Below are positions 15,001 through 25,905 of a stretch of 64,000 nt of DNA, in pieces. The stretch's first letter is position 1; each line of letters starts with the position of its first letter. The notes beneath the pieces are model-generated. The model made no database searches and was not told the origin of the DNA. It saw only the letters and a program-made list of their open reading frames with translations. The DNA is from Lytechinus pictus. Lineage: Eukaryota. The translations under genes and the position numbers were made by a program. Location of the stretch: positions 12,774,001 to 12,838,000 of the forward strand of contig NC_087252.1 of assembly GCF_037042905.1 (NCBI RefSeq). The letters run 5' to 3'.

Positions 15001-18000
15001 AAATATTGTAAAGAATGGATGAAGAGAACAAAGGTAGGCGTAGCTTAAATCAAGGTTCCCCAGAGCTATCTACCCTTTGGAAAAATTGGTGATGCCGAAA
15101 AAATGTCTCTGCCGGGAATCGAACCCGGGCCCCCAGCTTTGAACGCCGGTGCCTTAACCACTAGACCACAGAGACGGGTTAGTGGCTAGGGCGACCCCGA
15201 TCCGATTGACCGTCAGATAGACAGATTTTCGACACCATGCCAATTATAATTTCCTTTGTCGGGTGAAGGTGGGTTTTGAACAATGACAAGCCGCCATGCC
15301 TCAGCTGGATCAAAGCTATTGCTTCGATACAGTACACGTATGGGAGAATACATACAAATGTGTAAATTTATACATGTACAACAGCTTTTGGCAACTCTTT
15401 TTTATTTAAATGTTGTAAAGAATGGATGAAGAGAACAAAGGTAGGCGTAGCTTAAATCAAGGTTCCCCAGAGCTATCTACCCTTTGGAAAAATTGGTGAT
15501 GCCGAAAAAATGTCTCTGCCGGGAATCGAACCCGGACCCCCAGCTTTGAACGCCGGTGCCTTAACCACTAGACCACAGAGACGGGTTAGTGGCTAGGGCG
15601 ACCCCGATCCGATTGACCGTCAGATAGACAGATTTTCGACACCATGCCAATTATAATTTCCTTTGTCGGGTGAAGGTGGGTTTTGAACAATGACAAGCCG
15701 CCATGCCTCAGCTGGATCAAAGCTATTGCTTCGATACAGTACACGTATGGGAGAATACATACAAATGTGTAAATTTATACATGTACAACAGCTTTTGGCA
15801 ACTATTTTTTATTTAAATATTGTAAAGAATGGATGAAGAGAACAAAGGTAGGCGTAGCTTAAATCAAGGTTCCCCAGAGCTATCTACCCTTTGGAAAAAT
15901 TGGTGATGCCGAAAAAATGTCTCTGCCGGGAATCGAACCCGGACCCCCAGCTTTGAACGCCGGTGCCTTAACCACTAGACCACAGAGACGGGTTAGTGGC
16001 TAGGGCGACCCCGATCCGATTGACCGTCAGATAGACAGATTTTCGACACCATGCCAATTATAATTTCCTTTGTCGGGTGAAGGTGGGTTTTGAACAATGA
16101 CAAGCCGCCATGCCTCAGCTGGATCAAAGCTATTGCTTCGATACAGTACACGTATGGGAGAATACATACAAATGTGTAAATTTATACATGTACAACAGCT
16201 TTTGGCAACTCTTTTTTAATTAAATATTGTAAAGAATGGATGAAGAGAACAAAGGTAGGCGTAGCTTAAATTAAGGTTCCCCAGAGCTATCTACCCTTTG
16301 GAAAAATTGGTGATGCCGAAAAAATGTCTCTGCCGGATATCGAACCCGGGCCCCCAGCTTTGAACGCCGGTGCCTTAACCACTAGACCACAGAGACGGGT
16401 AAGTGGCTAGGGCGACCCCGATCCGATTGACCGTCAGATAGACAGATTTTCGACACCATGCCAATTATAATTTCCTTTGTCGGGTGAAGGTGGGTTTTGA
16501 ACAATGACAAGCCGCCATGCCTCAGCTGGATCAAAGCTATTGCTTCGATACAGTGCACGTATCGGAGAATACATACAAATGTGTAAAGTTATACATGTAC
16601 AACAGCTTTTGGCAACTCTTCTTTTTTTTTTTTATTGTAAAGAATGGATGAAGAGAACAAAGGTAGGCGTAGCTTAAATCAAGGTTCCCCTGAGCTATCT
16701 ACCCTTTGGAAAAATTGGTGATGCCGAAAAAATGTCTCTGCCGGGAATCGAACCCAGGCCCCCAGCTTTGAACGCCGGTGCCTTAACCACTAGACCACAG
16801 AGACGGGTTAGTGGCTAGGGCGACCCCGATCCGATTGACCGTCAGATAGACAGATTTTCGACACCATGCCAATTATAGTTTCCTTTGTCGGGTGAAGGTG
16901 GGTTTTGAACAATGACAAGCCGCCATGCCTCAGCTGGATCAAAGCTATTGCTTCGATACAGTACACGTATGGGAGAATACATACAAATGTGTAAAGTTAT
17001 ACATGTACAACAGCTTTTGGCAACTCTTTTTTATTTAAATATTGTAAAGAATGGATGAAGAGAACAAAGGTAGGCGTAGCTTAAATCAAGGTTCCCCAGA
17101 GCTATCTACCCTTTGGAAAAATTGGTGATGCCGGAAAAATGTCTCTGCCGGGAATCGAACCCGGGCCCCCAGCTTTGAACGCCGGTGCCTTAACCACTAG
17201 ACCACAGAGACGGGTTAGTGGCTAGGGCGACCCCGATCCGATTGACCGTCAGATAGACAGATTTTTGACACCATGCCAATTATAATTTCCTTTGTCGGGT
17301 GAAGGTGGGTTTTGAACAATGACAAGCCGCCATGCCTCAGCTGGATCAAAGCTATTTCTTCGATACAGTGCACGTATCGGAGAATTCATACAAATGTGTA
17401 AAGTTATACATTTACAACAGCTTTTGGCAACTCTTTTTTATTTAAATATTGTAAAGAATGGATGAAGAGAACAAAGGTAGGCGTAGCTTAAATCAAGGTT
17501 CCCCAGAGCTATCTACCCTTTGGAAAAATTGGTGATGCCGAAAAAATGTCTCTGCCGGGAATCGAACCCGGGCCCCCAGCTTTGAACGCCGGTGCCTTAA
17601 CCACTAGACCACAGAGACGGGTTAGTGGCTAGGGCGACCCCGATCCGATTGACCGTCAGATAGACAGATTTTCGACACCATGCCAATTATAATTTCCTTT
17701 GTCAGGTGAAGGTGGGTTTTGAACAACGACAAGCCGCCATGCCTCAGCTGGATCAAAGCTATTGCTTCGATACAGTACACGTATGGGAGAATACATACAA
17801 ATGTGTAAATTTATACATGTACAACAGCTTTTGGCAACTCTTTTTTATTTAAATGTTGTAAAGAATGGATGAAGAGAACAAAGGTAGGCGTAGCTTAAAT
17901 CAAGGTTCCCCAGAGCTATCTACCCTTTGGAAAAATTGGTGATGCCGAAAAAATGTCTCTGCCGGGAATCGAACCCGGACCCCCAGCTTTGAACGCCGGT

Positions 18001-21000
18001 GCCTTAACCACTAGACCACAGAGACGGGTTAGTGGCTAGGGCGACCCCGATCCGATTGACCGTCAGATAGACAGATTTTCGACACCATGCCAATTATAGT
18101 TTCCTTTGTCGGGTGAAGGTGGGTTTTGAACAATGACAAGCCGCCATGCCTCAGCTGGATCAAAGCTATTGCTTCGATACAGTACACGTATGGGAGAATA
18201 CATACAAATGTGTAAAGTTATACATGTACAACAGCTTTTGGCAACTCTTTTTTATTCAAATATTGTAAAGAATGGATGAAGAGAACAAAGGTAGGCGTAG
18301 CTTAAATCAAGGTTCCCCAGAGCTATCTACCCTTTGGAAAAATTGGTGATGCCGAAAAAATGTCTCTGCCGGGAATCGAACCCGGGCCCCCAGCTTTGAA
18401 CGCCGGTGCCTTAACCACTAGACCACAGAGACGGGTTAGTGGCTAGGGCGACCCCGATCCGATTGACCGTCAGATAGACAGATTTTCGACACCATGCCAA
18501 TTATAATTTCCTTTGTCGGGTGAAGGTGGGTTTTGAACAATGACAAGCCGCCATGCCTCAGCTGGATCAAAGCTATTGCTTCGATACAGTACACGTATGG
18601 GAGAATACATACAAATGTGTAAATTTATACATGTACAACAGCTTTTGGCAACTCTTTTTTATTTAAATGTTGTAAAGAATGGATGAAGAGAACAAAGGTA
18701 GGCGTAGCTTAAATCAAGGTTCCCCAGAGCTATCTACCCTTTGGAAAAATTGGTGATGCCGAAAAAATGTCTCTGCCGGGAATCGAACCCGGGCCCCCAG
18801 CTTTGAACGCCGGTGCCTTAACCACTAGACCACAGAGACGGGTTAGTGGCTAGGGCGACCCCGATCCGATTGACCGTCAGATAGACAGATTTTCGACACC
18901 ATGCCAATTATAATTTCCTTTGTCGGGTGAAGGTGGGTTTTGAACAATGACAAGCCGCCATGCCTCAGCTGGATCAAAGCTATTGCTTCGATACAGTACA
19001 CGTATGGGAGAATACATACAAATGTGTAAATTTATACATGTACAACAGCTTTTGGCAACTCTTTTTTATTTAAATATTGTAAAGAATGGATGAAGAGAAC
19101 AAAGGTAGGCGTAGCTTAAATCAAGGTTCCCCAGAGCTATCTACCCTTTGGAAAAATTGGTGATGCCGAAAAAATGTCTCTGCCGGGAATCGAACCCGGA
19201 CCCCCAGCTTTGAACGCCGGTGCCTTAACCACTAGACCACAGAGACGGGTTAGTGGCTAGGGCGACCCCGATCCGATTGACCGTCAGATAGACAGATTTT
19301 CGACACCATGCCAATTATAATTTCCTTTGTCGGGTGAAGGTGGGTTTTGAACAATGACAAGCCGCCATGCCTCAGCTGGATCAAAGCTATTGCTTCGATA
19401 CAGTACACGTATGGGAGAATACATACAAATGTGTAAATTTATACATGTACAACAGCTTTTGGCAACTCTTTTTTAATTAAATATTGTAAAGAATGGATGA
19501 AGAGAACAAAGGTAGGCGTAGCTTAAATTAAGGTTCCCCAGAGCTATCTACCCTTTGGAAAAATTGGTGATGCCGAAAAAATGTCTCTGCCGGATATCGA
19601 ACCCGGGCCCCCAGCTTTGAACGCCGGTGCCTTAACCACTAGACCACAGAGACGGGTAAGTGGCTAGGGCGACCCCGATCCGATTGACCGTCAGATAGAC
19701 AGATTTTCGACACCATGCCAATTATAATTTCCTTTGTCGGGTGAAGGTGGGTTTTGAACAATGACAAGCCGCCATGCCTCAGCTGGATCAAAGCTATTGC
19801 TTCGATACAGTACACGTATGGGAGAATACATACAAATGTGTAAAGTTATACATGTACAACAGCTTTTGGCAACTCTTTTTTATTTAAATATTGTAAAGAA
19901 TGGATGAAGAGAACAAAGGTAGGCGTAGCTTAAATCAAGGTTCCCCAGAGCTATCTACCCTTTGGAAAAATTGGTGATGCCGGAAAAATGTCTCTGCCGG
20001 GAATCGAACCCGGGCCCCCAGCTTTGAACGCCGGTGCCTTAACCACTAGACCACAGAGACGGGTTAGTGGCTAGGGCGACCCCGATCCGATTGACCGTCA
20101 GATAGACAGATTTTCGACACCATGCCAATTATAATTTCCTTTGTCGGGTGAAGGTGGGTTTTGAACAATGACAAGCCGCCATGCCTCAGCTGGATCAAAG
20201 CTATTGCTTCGATACAGTACACGTATGGGAGAATACATACAAATGTGTAAAGTTATACATGTACAACAGCTTTTGGCAACTCTTTTTTATTTAAATATTG
20301 TAAAGAATGGATGAAGAGAACAAAGGTAGGCGTAGCTTAAATCAAGGTTCCCCAGAGCTATCTACCCTTTGGAAAAATTGGTGATGCCGAAAAAATGTCT
20401 CTGCCGGGAATCGAACCCGGGCCCCCAGCTTTGAACGCCGGTGCCTTAACCACTAGACCACAGAGACGGGTTAGTGGCTAGGGCGACCCCGATCCGATTG
20501 ACCGTCAGATAGACAGATTTTCGACACCATGCCAATTATAATTTCCTTTGTCGGGTGAAGGTGGGTTTTGAACAATGACAAGCCGCCATGCCTCAGCTGG
20601 ATCAAAGCTATTGCTTCGATACAGTACACGTATGGGAGAATACATACAAATGTGTAAAGTTATACATGTACAACAGCTTTTGGCAACTCTTTTTTATTTA
20701 AATATTGTAAAGAATGGATGAAGAGAACAAAGGTAGGCGTAGCTTAAATCAAGGTTCCCCAGAGCTATCTACCCTTTGGAAAAATTGGTGATGCCGAAAA
20801 AATGTCTCTGCCGGGAATCGAACCCGGGCCCCCAGCTTTGAACGCCGGTGCCTTAACCACTAGACCACAGAGACGGGTTAGTGGCTAGGGCGACCCCGAT
20901 CCGATTGACCGTCAGATAGACAGATTTTCGACACCATGCCAATTATAATTTCCTTTGTCGGGTGAAGGTGGGTTTTGAACAATGACAAGCCGCCATGCCT

Positions 21001-21281
21001 CAGCTGGATCAAAGCTATTGCTTCGATACAGTACACGTTTGGGAGAATACATACAAATTGGTAAAGTTATACATGTACAACAGCTTTTGGCAACTCTTTT
21101 TTATTTAAATATTGTAAAGAATGGATGAAGAGAACAAAGGTAGGCGTAGCTTAAATCAAGGTTCCCCAGAGCTATCTACCCTTTGGAAAAATTGGTGATG
21201 CCGAAAAAATGTCTCTGCCGGGAATCGAACCCGGGCCCCCAGCTTTGAACGCCGGTGCCTTAACCACTAGACCACAGAGAC
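1..21281 (-). repeat. Tandem array of ~407-bp units (53 counted, last partial), each containing one tRNA-like gene; continues off the left edge
   Basis: Unit start ACAAAGGTAGG recurs at 1, 408, 815, 1222, 1606, 2013 ... 20727, 21134. Copies differ by only a few SNPs or small indels. Confidence 0.98.
77..148 (-). tRNA. tRNA-like gene with anticodon TCA (opal-suppressor-like); first of 53 minus-strand copies, the last at 21210-21281
   Basis: Consensus fold: GTCTCTG TG GTCT-AGTGGTTA-AGGC A CCGGC-GTTCAAA-GCTGG GGGC CCGGG-TTCGATT-CCCGG CAGAGAC A, then TTTTTT. A box TGGTCTAGTGG, B box GGTTCGATTCC. This copy has CTGGG in the T stem (G-U wobble). Function is unproven. Confidence 0.8.
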
Positions 21282-21691
21282 ATTTGTATGTATTCTCCCA
21301 TACGTGTACTGTATCGAAACAATAGCTTTGATCCAGCTGAGGCATGGCGGCTTGTCATTGTTCAAAACCCACCTTAACCCGACAAAGGAAATTATAATTG
21401 GCATGGTGTCGAAAATCTGTCTATCTGACGGTCAACCGGATCGGGGTGGCCCTAGCCACTAACCCGTCTCTGTGGTCTAGTGGTTAAGGCACCGGCGTTC
21501 AAAGCTGGGGGCCCGGGTTCGATTCCCGGCAGAGACATTTTTTCGGCATCACCAATTTTTCCAAAGGGTAGATAGCTCTGGGGAACCTTGATTTAAGCTA
21601 CGCCTACCTTTGTTCTCTTCATCCATTCTTTACAATATTTAAATAAAAAAGAGTTGCCAAAAGCTGTTGTACATGTATAACTTTACACATT

Positions 21692-21692
<1 letters not shown>
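21282..21692 (+). repeat. Single inverted copy of the 407-bp unit capping the array
   Basis: Reverse complement of the unit, from ATTTGTATG to CTTTACACATTT, with 4 substitutions seen, all outside the tRNA. Followed by (TA)n. Confidence 0.95.
21466..21537 (+). tRNA. tRNA-like gene with anticodon TCA (21499-21501) in the inverted unit
   Basis: Same 72-nt cloverleaf read directly on the plus strand, followed by T6 at 21538-21543. Confidence 0.8.

Positions 21693-21723
<31 letters not shown>
21692..21723. repeat. (TA)n microsatellite
   Basis: TATATATA... directly after the inverted unit. Confidence 0.95.
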
Positions 21724-21986
21724 GTAATATAAATACATACATAAATGAAATAAATGAATAGGTAATGACAAAGAAAAAAAGGTGAATTATCAGATTATTT
21801 TTCTGAATACTTTTTCACAATCTATCACAAATTGAAGTTCTGTTATGTAAAATTTAGAGTTTTTGCTCGCTAGCCTCGGTCGCCCGCAACTTCTTAGCAA
21901 TCTTGTCCGATATGTTATATCCAACCCTCCCCCTCACAATTAAAATGTGTGACTCATTACACCACTGTACTGAAGGTACATGTATA

Positions 21987-23284
21987 TGAAGAGTTTAGTT
22001 GCAAAAGGGATTAGGTCCACTTTGACCATTCCTAGAAAAATCATGGGTTTTTTCACTTATTGCAATATTTTTTGATAAACTAAATTATCACAATGTAATA
22101 TCCTATCATGTGAACATAAAATTAGGTATAACACAAATCTACTTGGCTTATTTTTCCATATATATATATTTTCCCAAAATTGTCATTGCGAACCTTATCC
22201 TTTTTTGCAAGTAAACTGAAATTAATCCAATCACTTTGGAATAAAAAAGTAACTTTTATTTGCCACTTTTATTCACGTTTTAAAGTAAATTTGAAATTTT
22301 CTTTGGTATCATCAAAGTGACTAAACAAATTGTCTGGACCCATCATTCTAATTTTTGAGGGCGGGGTCCTACGCCAGTGGTAATGAATTTGGTTTGGATC
22401 AGATTATATCGCCAGTAAAAATCAATTCTAAATGATTTAAGCAGCGTTGGATCACAAACTAACGGCACTACAAGATTGTAAAAAGTAGCCCGCAGGCCAG
22501 GTAGAATATCTGAAAATGAAAAGTTTAGTTGCAAAAGGGGTTAGGTCCACTTTAGACCATTCCGAAAAAACATGTTTTTTATTCTCACTTACTGCAATAT
22601 TCTTATGAGAAACTAAATTTTCATGATGTAGTACTCTATCATGTGAACATAAAATTGGGTATAAAAGAAATCTACCTGTCTTCATTTTTTTATATGTATT
22701 CTTTTAAAAATTGTCATTGTGGACCTTACCCCTTTTGCAAGTAAACTGAAATGAATCCAATCTATTTTCATTAAAAAAGTTATTTTTCTTTGCCACTTTT
22801 ATTCATGTTTTCATGTGAATTTCAATTTCTTTTTTTGGTTTTCATCAGAGCGACTAAAAATTTAGACAGAAAACAATAAAATTTAGGAAAATGGGCCTAT
22901 CCGCTTTCGAAAAATTAGCTCTTTAGAAGAGTTTGGTTGCAAATGGGGTTAGGTCCACTCCAAGAAAATCATGTTTTTATTTTACCATATTGCAATATTT
23001 TTATGCGAAACTAAATTTGTATGATACCCTACCATGTGAACATAAAATTCGGCATAAATAATCTACCTGTCTTAATATTTTTTAAAAATATTCCTTATCC
23101 TTTTGCAACCAAACTGAAATGGACCTAACCCCTTTTGAAAAAAGAGATTTTTATTTGCTATTTTTGATCACTTTTTAATGGGAATTTTAAACTTTTCTTT
23201 GGTATCATCTTATAGAGCTAGTAAAAATCTTTACATTGAGACCGCAAAAAAATCAAATTTGACAAAATGGACCTAACCCCTTTT
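21987..23284. mobile_element. Modular non-autonomous inverted-repeat element built of three ~360-400-bp related subunits
   Basis: Subunits start GAAGAGTTTAGTTGCAAAAGGG(G/A)TTAGGTCC near 21988, 22517 and 22927. They contain the inverse GGACCT(A/T)ACCCCTTTT(GCAA). An inverted homologue lies at ~55730-56535. Confidence 0.7.
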
Positions 23285-24000
23285 GTTGTTTAATAGTATT
23301 TCATAATATAATTGTTTAATAGTACTTTATAATATAACCTTTTATTGTCTATTTTTATGTTGAATATTGTTTATTCAACTGCTGGGTGCCTATTGCAATC
23401 ACTGTTTTTTTTCTCCAAAACTGAACAGGCCAGCCTTGTAGTTTGAACTAAATGAAACAATATAAGTAAATAACGAAATATGATATTGTATCTACCCACC
23501 CACCCCCAGCCATTAGCATTTTTCCTGCTTCTGTATGAGTATTGTTTGCTTTTTCTTTATTCATTTTACCAATGGTACTGTAATCATTGTCAAATTTCTT
23601 TGTGTGACTATTTCATCTGTTTTTAAAGAATTTCTTATATTATAAATATTTCTAAAATAGATTCTATTCGTTGCACGATGCCTATCTATTTTGTTTAGGA
23701 TGGGTTAGTTAAGTGCGTTATCACCAATCTCACATAATAAGCATAATGTTTTTAGCCTGTAGCTTGTTTCTTGATAGTAATTTCTGTTTAATTTCTTATA
23801 TGAAAGCTTCGGTATACTCCCTAAAATCAAGTCTACTCACTCATTTTGGACTTCGTAATGCCGTTCTAAATAAGACGTGAAGTGATTCTTTTGTAGATCA
23901 AATTTTGATATCACATTAGCACAATCGCAGTTAAGTCAGACATGGAATGAATTGTGTCACATCAGAAATCTGTTCATAACAAATAAATATTTTCGTTAAT

Positions 24001-24466
24001 ACCCTAGTCACACTAAAGGCGGAATGCCGTCGGAATGAAAATTCTTGGCACATTACTGGATATTCTGACTGCATTCCAAATATTCGGGTCCATTCTTGTG
24101 TCCGGCCCGAATGTTTTGCACATGCTCAAAACTTTCGAGGTGCATTCAAACTGGAAAAATATCGAACGGCATTCAACGTGCAGTCCAACAGCACTCTGAC
24201 TGTGTTCCAAATATTCTGACGACATTTCAACAACATTCGAAACATTCCGATCGCATTCATGGGAGAATAGAATCGCATAAAAGCACGGCTAGCTGTTGCT
24301 GCAACGTCAGTCAGCACTGAGGAGTCGCTGAGGAGCATTGAGGTTAAAATTGAATTTTTGCAAATTTAGATCAATTCGAAATTCCCTCCCGAATGTGGCT
24401 CGAATTTTGAAAAAAAAAATATTCCGACTGGTTCTGCTTGATTCCTGCTGAAGTGTGACGGGGGCT
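24001..24466. mobile_element. MITE, PIF/Harbinger-like termini
   Basis: Left end CCCTAGTCACACT, right end AGTGTGACGGGG. The internal sequence is rich in GAAT/ATTC repeats. The superfamily call is tentative. Confidence 0.5.
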
Positions 24467-24755
24467 GAAGTATCAAAGTATTTTAGCTACTCACGCCCGA
24501 GTTCAATCACACAGTAAAGATTATCTTCAACGAAAATTCATGCTCATTTAAATGAGTCGAATAATTCAAAGAAGAGTGCCTGAAAAGTGCAGACAAAATA
24601 ATGAACCTAGCATACTGTTGTTGGCGAAGCTGCCTGCTAAAGAAAATCGTCACAAATATGTCATATATTTCTTTTTTGATAGACGAGTACCTTGTATTTT
24701 GCAGTCTATTTGAATTTCGTCATCGTTATATTCACGAAGTGCAGCTGTGCCTTCC
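24275..24755 (+). repeat. Dispersed duplication, copy 1 (copy 2 at ~33678-34275)
   Basis: GCATAAAAGCACGG...GCAGCTGTGCCTT is shared colinearly. Copy 2 carries an extra hairpin insertion. Confidence 0.85.
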
Positions 24756-25177
24756 ATTCCACTCTTTACTAAAATACAATGTAGGTATTCATCCGTGCCA
24801 AGTGATTCATGTGTGAGTGCATAAAGATATAACACGTTACTAGTTGAAGTTCGTGGCTCGACTATACGCCATGTTGGATATAAGATCTACTTCCAGGTTT
24901 CTACATTTGAACCGACCCTTTCCAGCAATTTGTCAATTATCGGAGAGCTTTTTGAGTTAGCTAAACTTGTGACCTGCAGAGGTAAGAATATGACATTCAC
25001 GTAAGATTGATACTAGTATTGCAATTTGATGTCATGGATTTAATGTGGATTTTCCAACACGGAAGACAGATTGTTAAACCATTAAGTTTAACGAGTGTGT
25101 GATTATGGTCACGTTTACATGTTTTTTCTAAAAGAAGTACATATTTAACGACCAACCCTTACAAAAAAAATTGCTGG

Positions 25178-25905
25178 TTTACCATTGGAATACCATTCGG
25201 AAGTACCAGTGGAATACCATTTGAAAATACCATTCAAATGTATCATTGGTACCATTCATCCACCATTGAAATGTACCATTCGATCTAATTTACATTTTTT
25301 GGACAAATTTGCATATCAATGGTAAATGAATGGTACCATTCATCCACCATTGAAAATACCATATAAATTGTACCATTGGTACCATTCATCCACCATTGAA
25401 ATGTACCATTCGACATACCATTCACAATCCACCATTCATCTACCATTGAAACACCATTCACAATCCACCATTCGTCTACCATAGACATACAATTCACAGT
25501 CCACCATTCATCTACCATTGAAACACCATTCACAATCCACCACTCGTCTACCATAGACATACCATTCACAGTCCACCATTCATCTACCATTGAAACACCG
25601 TTCACAATCCACCACTCGTCTACCATAGACATACCATTCACAGTCCACCATTCATCTACCATTGAAACACCATTCACAATCCACCACTCGTCTACCATAG
25701 AGACCACCATTGGACTACCATAGATAATCTACCATTGGGCTACCATAAAGTGCACCATTGGTCTACCATAAAAAGTGTACCATTGGTCTACCATTGGGTT
25801 ACCATAAATAATCCACTGTTGGTTTACCATACAGAGTCTACCATTGGGTAACCACAAATAATCCACCATTTATCTACCATACACGATCTACCATTTTGCC
25901 ACCAT
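25178..25905. repeat. ACCAT-rich minisatellite (36-bp unit, 72-bp dimer core at ~25420-25705)
   Basis: CCACCATTCATCTACCATTGAAACACCATTCACAAT alternates with CCACCACTCGTCTACCATAGACATACCATTCACAGT. The flanks are degenerate ACCAT repeats. Confidence 0.9.

Noticed and set aside
21497..21503. tRNA-Glu(TTC) call
   Set aside because: The D and T arms look Glu-like, but with the CCGGC/GCTGG stem the TTC occupies positions 33-35, not 34-36. Glu ancestry is possible, but the current register is TCA.
21466..21537. tRNA-Sec call because of the TCA anticodon
   Set aside because: 72 nt, 7/5 fold, 4-nt variable loop and A discriminator; lacks the long variable arm and 9/4 fold of eukaryotic tRNA-Sec.
25285..25710. 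141-aa Trp-rich repeat ORF
   Set aside because: Translation of a 36-bp minisatellite; no splice or domain support.
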